A stretch of DNA of 64,000 bases from Microthyrium microscopicum (taxonomy: Eukaryota), in the NCBI GenBank assembly GCA_010405405.1, contig MU004240.1, positions 1,498,814 to 1,562,813 on the forward strand, given 5' to 3'. The notes beneath the pieces were generated by a model, which saw nothing but the letters and a program-made list of their open reading frames with translations, did no database searches and had not been told where the DNA came from. Numbering within the stretch: the stretch's first letter is position 1; every line of letters starts with the position of its first letter. Below, one piece after another: positions 24,348 to 35,864 of the stretch. Made by a program: the position numbers and the translations under genes.

Positions 24348-26846
24348 TTACTTGTATGAGTCGTATATTCGATCGTCGTGTACGTCCAGCGCAGCCCTCG
24401 TCCTGTCGAACGAGCTCGGGATTCCATGAAGACGAGATTTTCCTTTGCTGATCAGGTCAGAATTGAATCTATCGTCGTCTTCTGATGAGAAAGTCGCGCT
24501 TCCATGTTCACGCTCGTGGCCATTATTGGCACTTCGTCGACCGTCGACCCAGCCATTCTCGTCGAGGGTAGCTGACGAATGTCTGGAAGAAGCCAGAGTT
24601 CCGTGTTCATGTCCATCGGCGTTGTTGGCAGCCTCTTGAGGGTGGATTCTATCCTCCTCCGCCAAGGCAATCCTCGACTGCTGGGAATAAGCCAGCGTTC
24701 CATGCTCACGCCCACCAGCGTGGTTGTCAGCGAGTTGAGAAACGACTCTATCATCCCTTCTCACATCAGACCTTGTCTCTTGGCGAGAAGTCTGAGCTCC
24801 ACGTACGCGATTTTCAGTGTTGTTGCCAGACAGCTGGCAGTCGACTCTATCGTCTTCTGCAATAGTCCTCGTCTGGGTCATGAAAGTTTGGTTTCCTTGC
24901 ATGCGCTTTTTATCTGGATTATCAGCGAGCTGAGAGTCTCCATTCTTGCGGAAACTCTTTATCCCCATCTTCCGGAAGCCTAACATTTGTTTAAAATAAT
25001 GTCCCTCCCCGTTCTCAGCCTTCTTCTCCTGCTCACTGGCTGTCTCGGAAACGGCCAATTTCGTCGCTAGCTGCTCAACCAGCTCACTGTCTTCATCTTT
25101 GCTTCTGGAACTGGCGTTCTCGGAAGGCAAATTCCCATCAAGGATGACCTCAGATTGACAGAGAATCTTCTTCTCATGGTACTTTTGTCCGTAATCGTCG
25201 CCATATTTGACAAAAGCTGGAAATCTGGTAAAGGCGATGTTGTGTTTCCCATCTCGGATGCTACCGTCAGCAGTTCTTTGTTCTTCAATAACCTGTGAGT
25301 CGCGATTGAAGAAAGCGCCCGAAAATCTCTCGAAGGTGTATTGAGCGGGACCAGTTCGCATAGTGTAGTGAAGCAGGATTGCTTTCTCCATACACTTCTT
25401 GACCATAGAACGGAATCGCTCATATTTGAATCCAGCCTCTTCCTTGTTTACGTTATACCCTTGGAAAATGGCCCACGGAGCATACGGAGGGTCATTCTCC
25501 GGAAGTAGTCTGGCAATGAATCGATCGCTGACAGTTCTAGTCAATCTGTTTGTGACTTCGACCTCGTTTTCCTGAGCACTGAAGAATTGATTATTCAGCA
25601 TTTTGCGCAGATTGACGGTTTCTGCCCTCCAGCGAAAGAATCTCTGCATGATTTTGATCTCTATGTCTAATTTTGCGTCTGGTCATTTCATTAGCATGGC
25701 GAACTCGATCTGCAAGCTGCAATTACTTACCAGTAGTATCATCCTTGATCTTTTTATCCTTACATCTTTGACTCTCGGGACGTAAAGTACGATGTTGATG
25801 ATTCTCATGAAGTCTCTGAAGGAGCGATGACATATGGAGCTCAGTTGCCGCATATTCGTCGAGATCCTCATTTCTGATTTCGGAGCCATGGTCGTTTCTC
25901 GACCATCGACACATATTGCCCCTGAAATTGGCGTTGGCTTCCTCTATCACAAGGACAATCAGTTGTTTAGCGAGAATGTGGTCTATGACAGATAGTCCAG
26001 AGGTGTCTGATGATGCCTTGAAGTGTGGGCCATACACTTGTCGCATGTACTCCCAGCGGCTCTTGTGCTCTTCAGGTACCTCAAACTTGAGAAAGTTGAG
26101 GCATCCGATGACCTTGGCTCGAAGCTGTTTGTAGTCTTCAACCAATCGTCCTTCCGGCACACGATTCTCTTCCACGGTGCTCTTGAGATTGAAGACCATT
26201 TGACTCATCTTTCGGCATTCTTCTTCCATTTTGTTCTCAGCGAGTATGCGTAGATGACAGTTACGCTCACTGTCAAGCTCCATCATTTTGGCCCTCGAAC
26301 GTACGGCGTCGTAAGCCGCCTGGTACTTGCCCAGCATACCGGCAAGTCTCTGGCACTCTTCTTCGGCCTGCTCCACTCTCGTCTTGAGATACTTTTCCGT
26401 CTTCATAGAGTGTGCTAGCTTTTGCTCCAAATCTTTGACGTCTTGGCCCTTTTGCAGAGCAGCGCCACCCTTTTTGAGCATGTCCCAAGCTTGGTTGCCA
26501 GTGGACTGCGAAGTCTGCGGAGGCAGTTGTTCGTACCAAGCACCCTATCGTCGGTCAGTCAAGTCATTACTCAGTCGGATATTAATGTGTTGAATTACTT
26601 GAATTTTGAACCCCCCAAAGTAGTCGGGTTCAAAGTATCGACCTTTTCTCATCCAGTACATCGTGCCGTCGTCTGATCGAACTTGGATGAAGTTCTTTTG
26701 CTCTGCTTCAGATGGTCTACATGATGTTAGACACGTCCTGACCATGGAGACTTGTAGACTTACAGTTCTTCCAGTAGCTCATTCTTTGGCACACATACTT
26801 CCCATTGTGGCGGCATGGACACCTTTTGCAACTCTGGTGGCGGCAT
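24348..26846 (-). CDS. Hypothetical coiled-coil protein with GrpE/MIEAP-like beta segment and C-terminal 33-aa repeats (about 781 aa)
   Basis: Exons 26846..26764, 26716..26599, 26544..25731 and 25678..24348 join in frame (2,346 nt) through canonical introns. Heptad-rich E/K/L region, FFRWRAETVNL, and FFNRDSQ..IAFTRFPAFVKYGDDYG..ILCQSEVIL. Extra 3' exons towards 24028 are possible. Confidence 0.75.
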
Positions 26847-27899
26847 TCTGTATTCCCACGATCAAGAGATGATGAGTTCAGCTTTTTCAACCAAGGAAGC
26901 GAGCAGATTTCGAGCAGAAGCGATCGAAAGTGGGTGGACAATATGTTTTAATGACAGCAATGATCGTTCACGGTACCAGCTCTCTTACTCTCAACCGGCA
27001 TCTTTCATCCTAAAGTACTTTATTACTACAAGTTGAACACTGTATTTTCTTCATATGTCAACGGTACGGACTACTACTAGCCATGTGCCAACACGCTACT
27101 CCAACCCCAAGAGCCCTGTCTCTGGATGCCCAGCCTTGCACAACCGATTATTGATTTGCTTGTCACAACAACCCTCCGTAACTTATCTGTCTACTCTTCG
27201 CCCTCGCTGAGTTATCAATGGCTATATTGACGAATAGGAACGGTCTGAAACGTTGTCTGATCCATGGCGGCTTCGAGCCTAAATCCCGCACTTGCTCTAG
27301 CAAGCGAGTATGGACTTGGAGAACCTTCATTTCAGCACTGCGTCCCTATTCCTGTGGACGATACAAGGGTTATACGACTTCATTGATGATGTAACTCTCA
27401 TAAACCTGCCAAGCATCGAGGTCCATCAGGCTCAGCCAGAATATATCAGGCTGAACCAACACATTGGACAGCTTATATTATAGCAGTCTTTACCAAGAAA
27501 CGGCAAGCCATTATTACCGAGTTTCAAAGTTCTTGGAACGTTTTTTCTACTCTTCTTTGCTTGGCACAAGGTCATGCTTTGATGTTTGTGGGATAAGTCA
27601 GTTACGGTCCCAGAAAGTGATGAATATGCTCTTCCACCAACACCAAAAAAGAGAATGTTAATAGGTACGCCCAGGTCACGCCGAGTAATACGATTACCAG
27701 GCCCAGAATATGAGGTCTTGGAATCTTCTTACTGATATCACATATGCTCAAAATTCCATATGTTATGGGTCCCACTTTCGAGACTCACATATACTGGGAA
27801 TTTAAGTATAGTCATGATCTGATTCCCACACCATCTATGTGAGAACGATCACTTCTAATAAATTCTGTTTCTACGCCATTACAGCTTCTTACAAAAACC

Positions 27900-29997
27900 A
27901 TGGCCAATAACAGACTCACCATCGCTGTTGACTTTGGCACAACATACTCAGGTGTCGCCTACAGCAATCCTTCTGATGAATCAAAAGATCCTATTCTTAT
28001 CAAAGACTGGGGCAGTGGTCCTACTTCCGACAAAGTCCCAACTGTACTTCGCTACAATGGCTCAGACAAAATTGGTGGCGTGCTGGGCATGAAATGGGGA
28101 TTTGAAGTGAAACACCATGAGAGAAGACAGGAATGGTTCAAGCTTGTAAGCTCTTGTGCCATTATTTTGCTACAAGTATCTTACTTCAGTATAGGCTCTA
28201 GATCCCATGATTTACAAAGCAGAGAACTGCGTAGACATGACTCAAAGCTATGAACACGATCTAGCAGATCCGCCCGACTACAGCAGATCTGCCACCAAGA
28301 TGTGTACCGACTATCTCACTGCTCTGCGTAAACAGACTCAGAAGGCCTTGGAAAAGTCCTATGGAGCGTCTGCGCTTAGGACCAGACAGATCGACTGGGT
28401 CATTACAGTGCCCGCTGTGTGGTCCATGAAAGCCAAAGCGGACACTCTGAAATGCGCCCAGGAAGCTGGCATTGGAGCTGGATCGAAAGTTACTATCGTT
28501 TCAGAGCCAGAAGCTGCCGCTGCGTATGCGCTGCAAACAATTGAACCGATGACTCTGAAAGAAGGCCATAACTTCGTCGTGTGCGATGCTGGGTAAGGTT
28601 ACACTTTGTCACTGACAACAATCTTGATCTGAAAGGTATATGCTAATGTTTACATAGTGGTGGAACTGTTGATCTTATCACATACCGACTTCTCAATCTT
28701 TCACCCTTGGAAGTCGAAGAGAGTGCCATCTCGAGCGGCGGCAAGTGTGGTGGCACCTTCGTGAACCGAATCTTTGAGAAAATGGTCATGCAGCGAATCG
28801 GCGAGAAATCCGGCCTCACAGATATCGGAAAGCATCAGATGTTACAGCAATTCGAGCAAGATGCGAAAAGAGATTTTCAAGACACTGGTGACCCAAATGA
28901 GGCCTGGTATTTGCCAGTCCCTGGTGCAGCGAATAGCTCCAGTGCCAGAATCTCTGGCGGGAGCTTGATTGTCTCCGTGGCCGATATGAAAAAGTGTTTT
29001 GACCCTGTCGTAGACGAGGTGATTAAGCTTGTCAATACACAGATATCAGGCATTGTAGGACCCAGCAAAGAGGTCAAAGCTGTTGTCTTAGTTGGTGGAT
29101 TTGGAGGTAGCAGATATCTTCAACAGAGGCTTCGAGACGCCATCGCTCCTATCGAGCTTCTTTGCCCTGCCAATCAGTAAGTGAACTCTGCAGAATCAAC
29201 AGAGTTTGGTACTAACGACCACAAGATGGGGAGCTATAGCACTTGGTGCTGTGATCCAAAGCGTTGCGTCCCGTGTATCAGCACCTGTTGGTAACTGGAG
29301 CGTAACCACCCGCAAGGCCACGAGCAGCATGGGCGTTGAGATTAGAATGCCATTCAATAAAGCTCTCCACCATGAGAGTCGGAAGTATTGGTGTCCCATC
29401 GAAGCAAAGTCCATGTGTCACGGTTTGATGCAGTGGTTCGTTGAGAGAGGCCACAATCTCTCATCTAAAGAGCCCAAAGTATATCCGTTCTATCGGCATA
29501 TCAGAAGCAATGCAAGCCTTAAGATTACAACAGCGGTAAGCAGCTGTCCCGCGCTTAATGTGTAGCGAGACCCATGGGATAAAGCTAATATCGATAGACG
29601 CAATATTCACTTTCCGAGATGGCACCAATGTATTCCGATATATGTAAGTCCCAATCACGAAAATTCGGTATAAGGAAAAGTTAATAAAGCGGTAAAAAGC
29701 TATTCGTAAGCACACTGCTCTAAAGGTCGATCTCACGCCTGTCAAGCACAAGTTGACCAAGATGATTGGCGCCGACAAGAAGGAATACTACCGAATCAAC
29801 TACGATATTCTGGCTACCTTCCATTCTGGTAAGATGATCAGATTCTCGTTCGGTTCAAGACTAATACTAATTCTTTTAGCACACATTGAGTATCAATGGC
29901 GATACGCTGGTACGTTCTACTGACATTCTACAGCATATGAGCTATACTAACTTGCAAAGGACAAGTTTTTGGTACTGTCAATTGCAACTATATCTGA
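27900..29997 (+). CDS. Atypical Hsp70-family ATPase (HSPA12-like), about 571 aa
   Basis: Eight exons (27900-28145, 28195-28592, 28658-29176, 29226-29535, 29598-29643, 29700-29828, 29880-29909, 29960-29997) join in frame. Motifs VDFGTTYSGVAY, EWFKL, ITVPAVWS, SEPEAAA, VCDAGGGTVDLITY, LVGGFGGS and MQWFVERG. No EEVD or HDEL. Confidence 0.9.
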
Positions 29998-30409
29998 CAG
30001 AAACGTCACAAACCTGCTGTTTAGTGGGTGGTAGGCATATGCTCAGCCAAGAGCTTGGTTTTAAGGACCTCGGACTGTGTTTCCTTTTCCAATGTAATGA
30101 AGCAATGAATGTAGACAGATCGAAGTGAGATTCACATTGACACGATTTCCCACGCATGCAGTACTCCAAATCGAAATGGATATCATATGTGAGATGAATA
30201 AATTAGTAGAAAATTTCTGTAAACAAAGTTCCAGAAAAGGAGGGTCTGACCATTTGGTAAACCATTCAAGCAAGCCCCAAAACCTTATTCCAAACCTTAA
30301 AAACCTTAAATCCCCACCCTAACGCGACCCATGAACGCGTCTCCCTCACAAACTCAACACCACACCCATCTCCAATCCCACACCCCATACTCCATAATAC
30401 AACCACACC

Positions 30410-31437
30410 ATGGATCCCTCCTACAACTCAACCCACCGCGCCCTCCTCCAAGCCTTCTTCGCCCACACCACCCTCCCCACCGCCCACCTCCCCGCCCTCC
30501 TCTCCTCCATCCACACCGCCGCCGACCCCGACCGCCCCACCCTCCCCGCCGACATAACGCAGCCCGACATTGACGCCTCCATCGCCAGCGTCAACGCCGC
30601 AATCGCCCCCTTCGACTATGAGATCCGCTGCGTGCACCACCAGTCCTCCATGAGTCGCGCGGACTCTGAAGCAACGTATGTGATCGTCAACTGTACGAGT
30701 GATCCCAGCACACAGCTCGCGACGCGCTTTAATGCGGATGAGGTGAAGTTTGTGAGACGGGTGTTGGATCTGATGTTCGATAAAATGAATTTTGAGGGTA
30801 GGGAGGTTTGTGCCGTTAGACCGAGTGAGGCGTTAAGGGTGGCGAAGGTTAGGGATAGTGTGGGGGGTACGCAGATTGAGACGCTGAATGGTGAGGGGGT
30901 TGGTGGTGGGGTGGCTAGTAGTCTTAAATTGGACCAGGCGGAACGTGTGCTTGAAGAGTTGAAGCAGGAAGGTTGGCTGGAACTTTCGGAGGCGGGCTTT
31001 CTTAGTCTGAGTGTGCGCGCGTTGGCGGAGTTGGGAAGGTGGTTGGTGGAGGTTTATAATGATCCGGAGGCGGAGGAGGATGAGTGGCAGCGGATTAAGA
31101 CTTGTGAGGGGTGTAAGCAGATTGTCACGATTGTAAGTTTTCACTGCGAGCGGAGGGAGCAGCAACAAACAACCCCTTGCTATGATACAGGATGATATGG
31201 AGACTGTCACTGCAGTTTGAGGAATCACTAACAAATGTCCAGGGCCAACGATGCGAAAATCAAGAATGTCTATGCCGAATGCACGATTTCTGCGCAACAG
31301 CCTTCTTCCGCGGCCAAAGTCCAAAGTCCTGCCCTTTCTGTAAGACGACATGGGAAGGCAAAAGCTTTGTAGGCGAGCGAGCGGCAGCCAGAGATCCAAT
31401 GGCTGGTCGACGGATAACGACGACTTCTCGACGATAA
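30410..31437 (+). CDS. NSE1: Smc5/6 complex non-SMC element 1 (winged helix + RING-like)
   Basis: YNSTHRALLQAF, VNCTSDPSTQLAT, LSVRALAEL..WL, CEGCKQIVTI|GQRCENQEC..RMHDFC..CPFC..W...VGERAA. One intron starting at 31133. Confidence 0.92.
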
Positions 31438-31843
31438 GGGGGCGCGAGGACAGAAAGTTGAGAATATTCATTCATACCTTGCTACGATATAATACGATCA
31501 CGACATGGAAGGAAGGAAGGATGAGGTTAGACGATACAATGATATACCAAACAATCATGGGGCCGAGTCATGCAGACACCACAATAACATTCACCAGCAT
31601 CATTCATGCGAGAAGGGAGTGGATAAAAAGTAATTAGACTAATAATTCCAGGCTGGTCACAACACGACCGCCGTTACCTATGCGATATTAAATATCGCAT
31701 AATTGTAATGCGAGAAAACGCACCTTCCATCAATCAATTCATAAATACAAAGGGTGCTACCAGTCTATCGAGTGTAACCCAACCGAAAACTCCTCATGAA
31801 CCTCATGAATGCAAAAATAAAGTGTTCCTTGAATTGGTCGTGT

Positions 31844-34370
31844 TCAAGTAGTTGCAGTCTGTCCTCCTTCTACCACGCCCGTACGTTTCGCTTCCTCTAC
31901 TCTCATTTGTGCCACCTTTGACTCTGATGCTGGCTCGGGTGATTTCGACATGTCGGCCTTGACAGGGACGACCTCGCTTGATGTCTGGATCTCGGAATTG
32001 GCGAGCGTTGAACCTTGGACTTCCGAGCCAGAGAGTATCTGTGACTGTTGGGCTGAGGGGCTGACACTGCCAGGCGCTTCATCGCCGATTACCTCATCAA
32101 GACTCCGAAAGCTAAGCACGGGTTCGCCTGTAGCAGAGCCAGGTGGTGTCTCGGAGTTGAAAGTACCAGTGTCCAAACTGACAGCGCTACCATTCGGACC
32201 AAATTCGAAAGACGAAGCCTGGCGCTCATGGTGCATATCACTAAATGATGAAGCGCTCGAGTTGTTAATTGACAATTGTCGAAGAGGATCTGTGCCATCA
32301 GGAACGTTCAATCCAGTATTTTGATCAGGCAAAGCATTCGGTGCCGAAGCTCGTGGAATCTCATCTGATGAAGGACTAAGCGATGGAGATACACTCGAAT
32401 CGCCACTGTGATTAGCGGTCGCTTTGCCTTTACCAGCCGCATTCGATGGCTCGCCTGTTTCAAGTTGTGATGAGCTGCTCGAGCCGAGTTGCAGACCACC
32501 AATCCAAGATCCCTTTGAGCCCTTTCGAGCCCCCTTTTGTCGTTGCTTCTCCTCCTTTTTTGCCGCTTTGGCAGCATCCTTATCTTCCTTCTTCTTGCGT
32601 TCTTCTTCTGCTTGAATACTTTGTCGTATGGCCTCCATCATCATGAGCTCCTCCAAATCGTCAATTCTACTACGTCTAGAGCTACCACGACCAGGAAACA
32701 AGTCTTGATTTGGTTGTTCACCGCCATTTGCAATAGCTTGTTGACGATCTGCCGCGGCAAGTAGAGCTCCGACTTGACCAAGCTGAAGAGGTGCGTTACC
32801 CTCTCCACCAAACATTGTTCGTCGACGCCGTCCGAGGAGAAAGCGGCTGTTCCCGCTGTCAGGCATATTGTCCATCATATAGGCCGCATTATGCAAGGCT
32901 GTAGCAGCAGCGGCCCGTTTAAAGGCTTGAGCTCGAGCATCTGCCAACTTCTTTGCCCATTCAGGGCGCACTCTATCCGTGGTGATAACATTCGGTGAAT
33001 CTGCACTAATACTGGTATTTCGACGCCGCGAATGGCCATGAACGCCTTGCGAATTTATCGAAGATGAAGATGACATTGCGGACTTGAAGGCACTAGTGAG
33101 ATTGGCATGTACCAAACCTCGACGGAATGGTGGTGGCTCATAGGTAATACCGAGCTCTGGCGTTTTGCAGAATGGACAGGTAGCAGGCTCAGAGACAAGC
33201 TGGATATCAGCCGTTGGATCCGGTTGGCCATCTGGTTGTGTCTGTGGTTGCGAACTAGAAGCTTGTTCAGTAGGATCCCCATGTTCAGGCGGATGCGGAT
33301 CTGGCCGTTTTATTTGCACAAAGCATTCCGAGCATATGGGTTGATCACAACATCTGGTGCTATTTAGATATGGTGGGTAGTAAAGGAAGCAGATGGGGCA
33401 CTCGATAGCATCTTTGTATAAAAATGCTTCCACGGGCTGGCCGTTAAAGTACGGATCTCTCGGAAGTTGTTTCTCTTGGGGCACGATCTCTTGGGACGAG
33501 CTTCCTCGAGAAAGCGACGCGAGAGATGCCAACGTTTTTGCTCGACCGCGAAACAATGGTGACTTGGTCGGTGGATCTGGAGTCGAACTGGCCATTAAAT
33601 TAGAAGAGCTCATTGGAGAAAAGGCTGGATGTGATGGTGATAGGCTTGATGTATCATTGAGGGGAGATGATGGATGTGCCGGGATAGATATAGGTTGAGA
33701 GTGTATGTTGAGATGTGAAGAATTTGGGGTATCTGCGCACTGAGATCGAGCGGGATCCGCAGCACCACCTGGGTATACAATGTTCTCTTGTGCTTCCGGT
33801 AGTGGTAGTCCTTTTGAAATTGCAACTAGCTGGTTATCTTTCCAACTTTCCGAGTGATCATTGATTCCCTTCCAGAATGGAGCGAGCTTTCGTTCGATCT
33901 ATGGGTGTCAGATCTGATCGTTTAGCATCTAAAACATGTCTTACCATTAGCCGACGCACTGTGGGCTTGCTGAAATCCTCAGTGCCCGTGTAGGTGCCTA
34001 ATGTAACCAAATAACCGCCATCTACACCTTCCTCACGCACACTCCTATCCCGGTCGATTGCGCGCTGAGCGCGTTCTTTCTCCAATTTCCTGGCTTCACG
34101 TTCAGGCTTAGTTTCTCGTCTTGCAGCAGGGTCATCGGGATTTATGTCGGGGGGTCTATTGCCTATGTTGAAAATGTTTAGATCAGGTCTACTTGAGCGA
34201 CGGCGATTGGCAGAAGGTCTTTCGCTCTGGCGATCAGAGGAGTTGGGTTGTGGTGGAGCGGTATGTGCATGATGCGGGGAAAGGCGTGTTGGGAGAGCGT
34301 TTGCAGTGTGGGTACCTGAACCACCACGGGTTGGAGAACGAGGTCTCTCTTTAGAGGGATGATTCCCCAT
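31844..34370 (-). CDS. SIP5: Sip5 (Snf1/Reg1-interacting RING-like protein)
   Basis: MGNHPSKE (myristoylation-type start), [62 protein letters not shown] and [13 protein letters not shown]. One intron. Confidence 0.93.
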
Positions 34371-35864
34371 TGTGCGGCCAATGTATATCAGCAGATGTTA
34401 ACGAGATGTTGAGGTTGTCGCGGTAGGGCGTTAGATGGCCATGGCAGGGCACGGGTAGAATGGGATAGCGCGAAACGATGGATATGGAATATGATGGATA
34501 TGGTGGTGGCAGCGAGGAAGTGATTGCTGTTGTTTCGATGAGTAGGTGATTTAAACGAATCGGTAGAGGTTGATGGATAAATAAAAAGAGGGGAGAAACT
34601 GGGGTTGGTTGTTGATGTTGGAGAGTCTGGAGGTGATGTCAAAAGTGGAGAGTAAAGGTTAAGTCAGCCGGCGGCAGCTGCAACCCAGCATAAGGAAAGC
34701 GCGGAATAGGCAGGGATGCGAAGCTTGACGAAGCAACGACACTGGATGCAATCAAATGCGAGGATCCAAACACAATGCAGCAACAGCGGTGTAGAGGAAT
34801 AAAGACAAAAAGAAACACCAATGCAACAATTCTCGCAGTGAAGAGGAAGAAGGATGAAGAGTAAAAGAGGGAAGAGGGATGGTGAAATGGTGGTTAGACT
34901 TACTAGTCAGTGGTCAGTGGAGCAGATGGTGGTTGTAAACTTGTATTACACACCCATCTCTAACCTGCATCAGCACACGAGCCTGAAAGCCGTCCGGGGA
35001 AAAGCTGCACGGCCAGATCACGACAAATAAGAATGACTTGTCGATAGCTGTGCACTGCGCGTGTACCTGTAATTTGCCTTGTAGCCCTGGTCTAAGTAGT
35101 CTTGGTACTTCTCAAAGCCTCAAAGGTCACTGAAATCAAGGATTCAATGCTATCATACATGGCCCTCTATCTAGTAGCACAACGCCCCTTATGTACTCTG
35201 TACGAACAACATTTGAACCTCCACAGATCGCGTTGTCACAGAATTTCTTCAAAACCAACCGCTCCAACGGCCCAAGATGTTGATCATCTCTCACAATCAA
35301 TCAACTATCGGTCTCTGGACAATTTCTATAGGAAAGAAAGAATTCTATATGAAGGCACATCAACAAAGGTACATACGCTGACATCTACCGCAACTTAGCG
35401 TTTTGGTTCCGCATAACTCCGTCTTTGATTGTCCCTATACATCACAATGAGGTCAGATATACATATTTCGAAAACGATCCATCAGTCAATATACTCCAGT
35501 CATTCTCTTATCTTTCCATGTCTCATACACTCCCAAATATCTGGTATATCCCAGTAAAGGAGGGCAGCATGACACTCGAGCTACCCATAGCTCACCAACA
35601 ATGTCTTAGCTTCATGTCTCAGTGACTGATATCAGTGTACACGTTGTACTGACTCTATGTAGCACCTAGATATTCAAGATTATACTTTTCTCCAAGCCAT
35701 CCACTTGCCGTTGCGCATGTACCCCAAGGTACAGTACCATACATACTAGGTATATTTCGGCTACACAGGACAGCAATCTCCAAACACGTGTCTATCAAAC
35801 ACCCCAAATCCATTCTATATACAAACAAACCCCCTTTTCCCACCACGCCAGAATGTATAAACAA

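Noticed and set aside
26717..26941. 74-aa Cys-rich ORF suggesting a zinc finger at the start of the Hsp70 partner
   Set aside because: Wrong phase for the downstream intron; the frame starting at ATG 26846 splices correctly.
30276..30325. AACCTTA/CCCTAA-like repeats resembling telomeric sequence
   Set aside because: Only three or four degenerate units in a C/A-rich promoter; not a tandem TTAGGG array.
31679..31701. 23-bp palindrome TATGCGATATT-A-AATATCGCATA between convergent NSE1 and SIP5
   Set aside because: Too short and isolated to assign a function; could be chance or a footprint.
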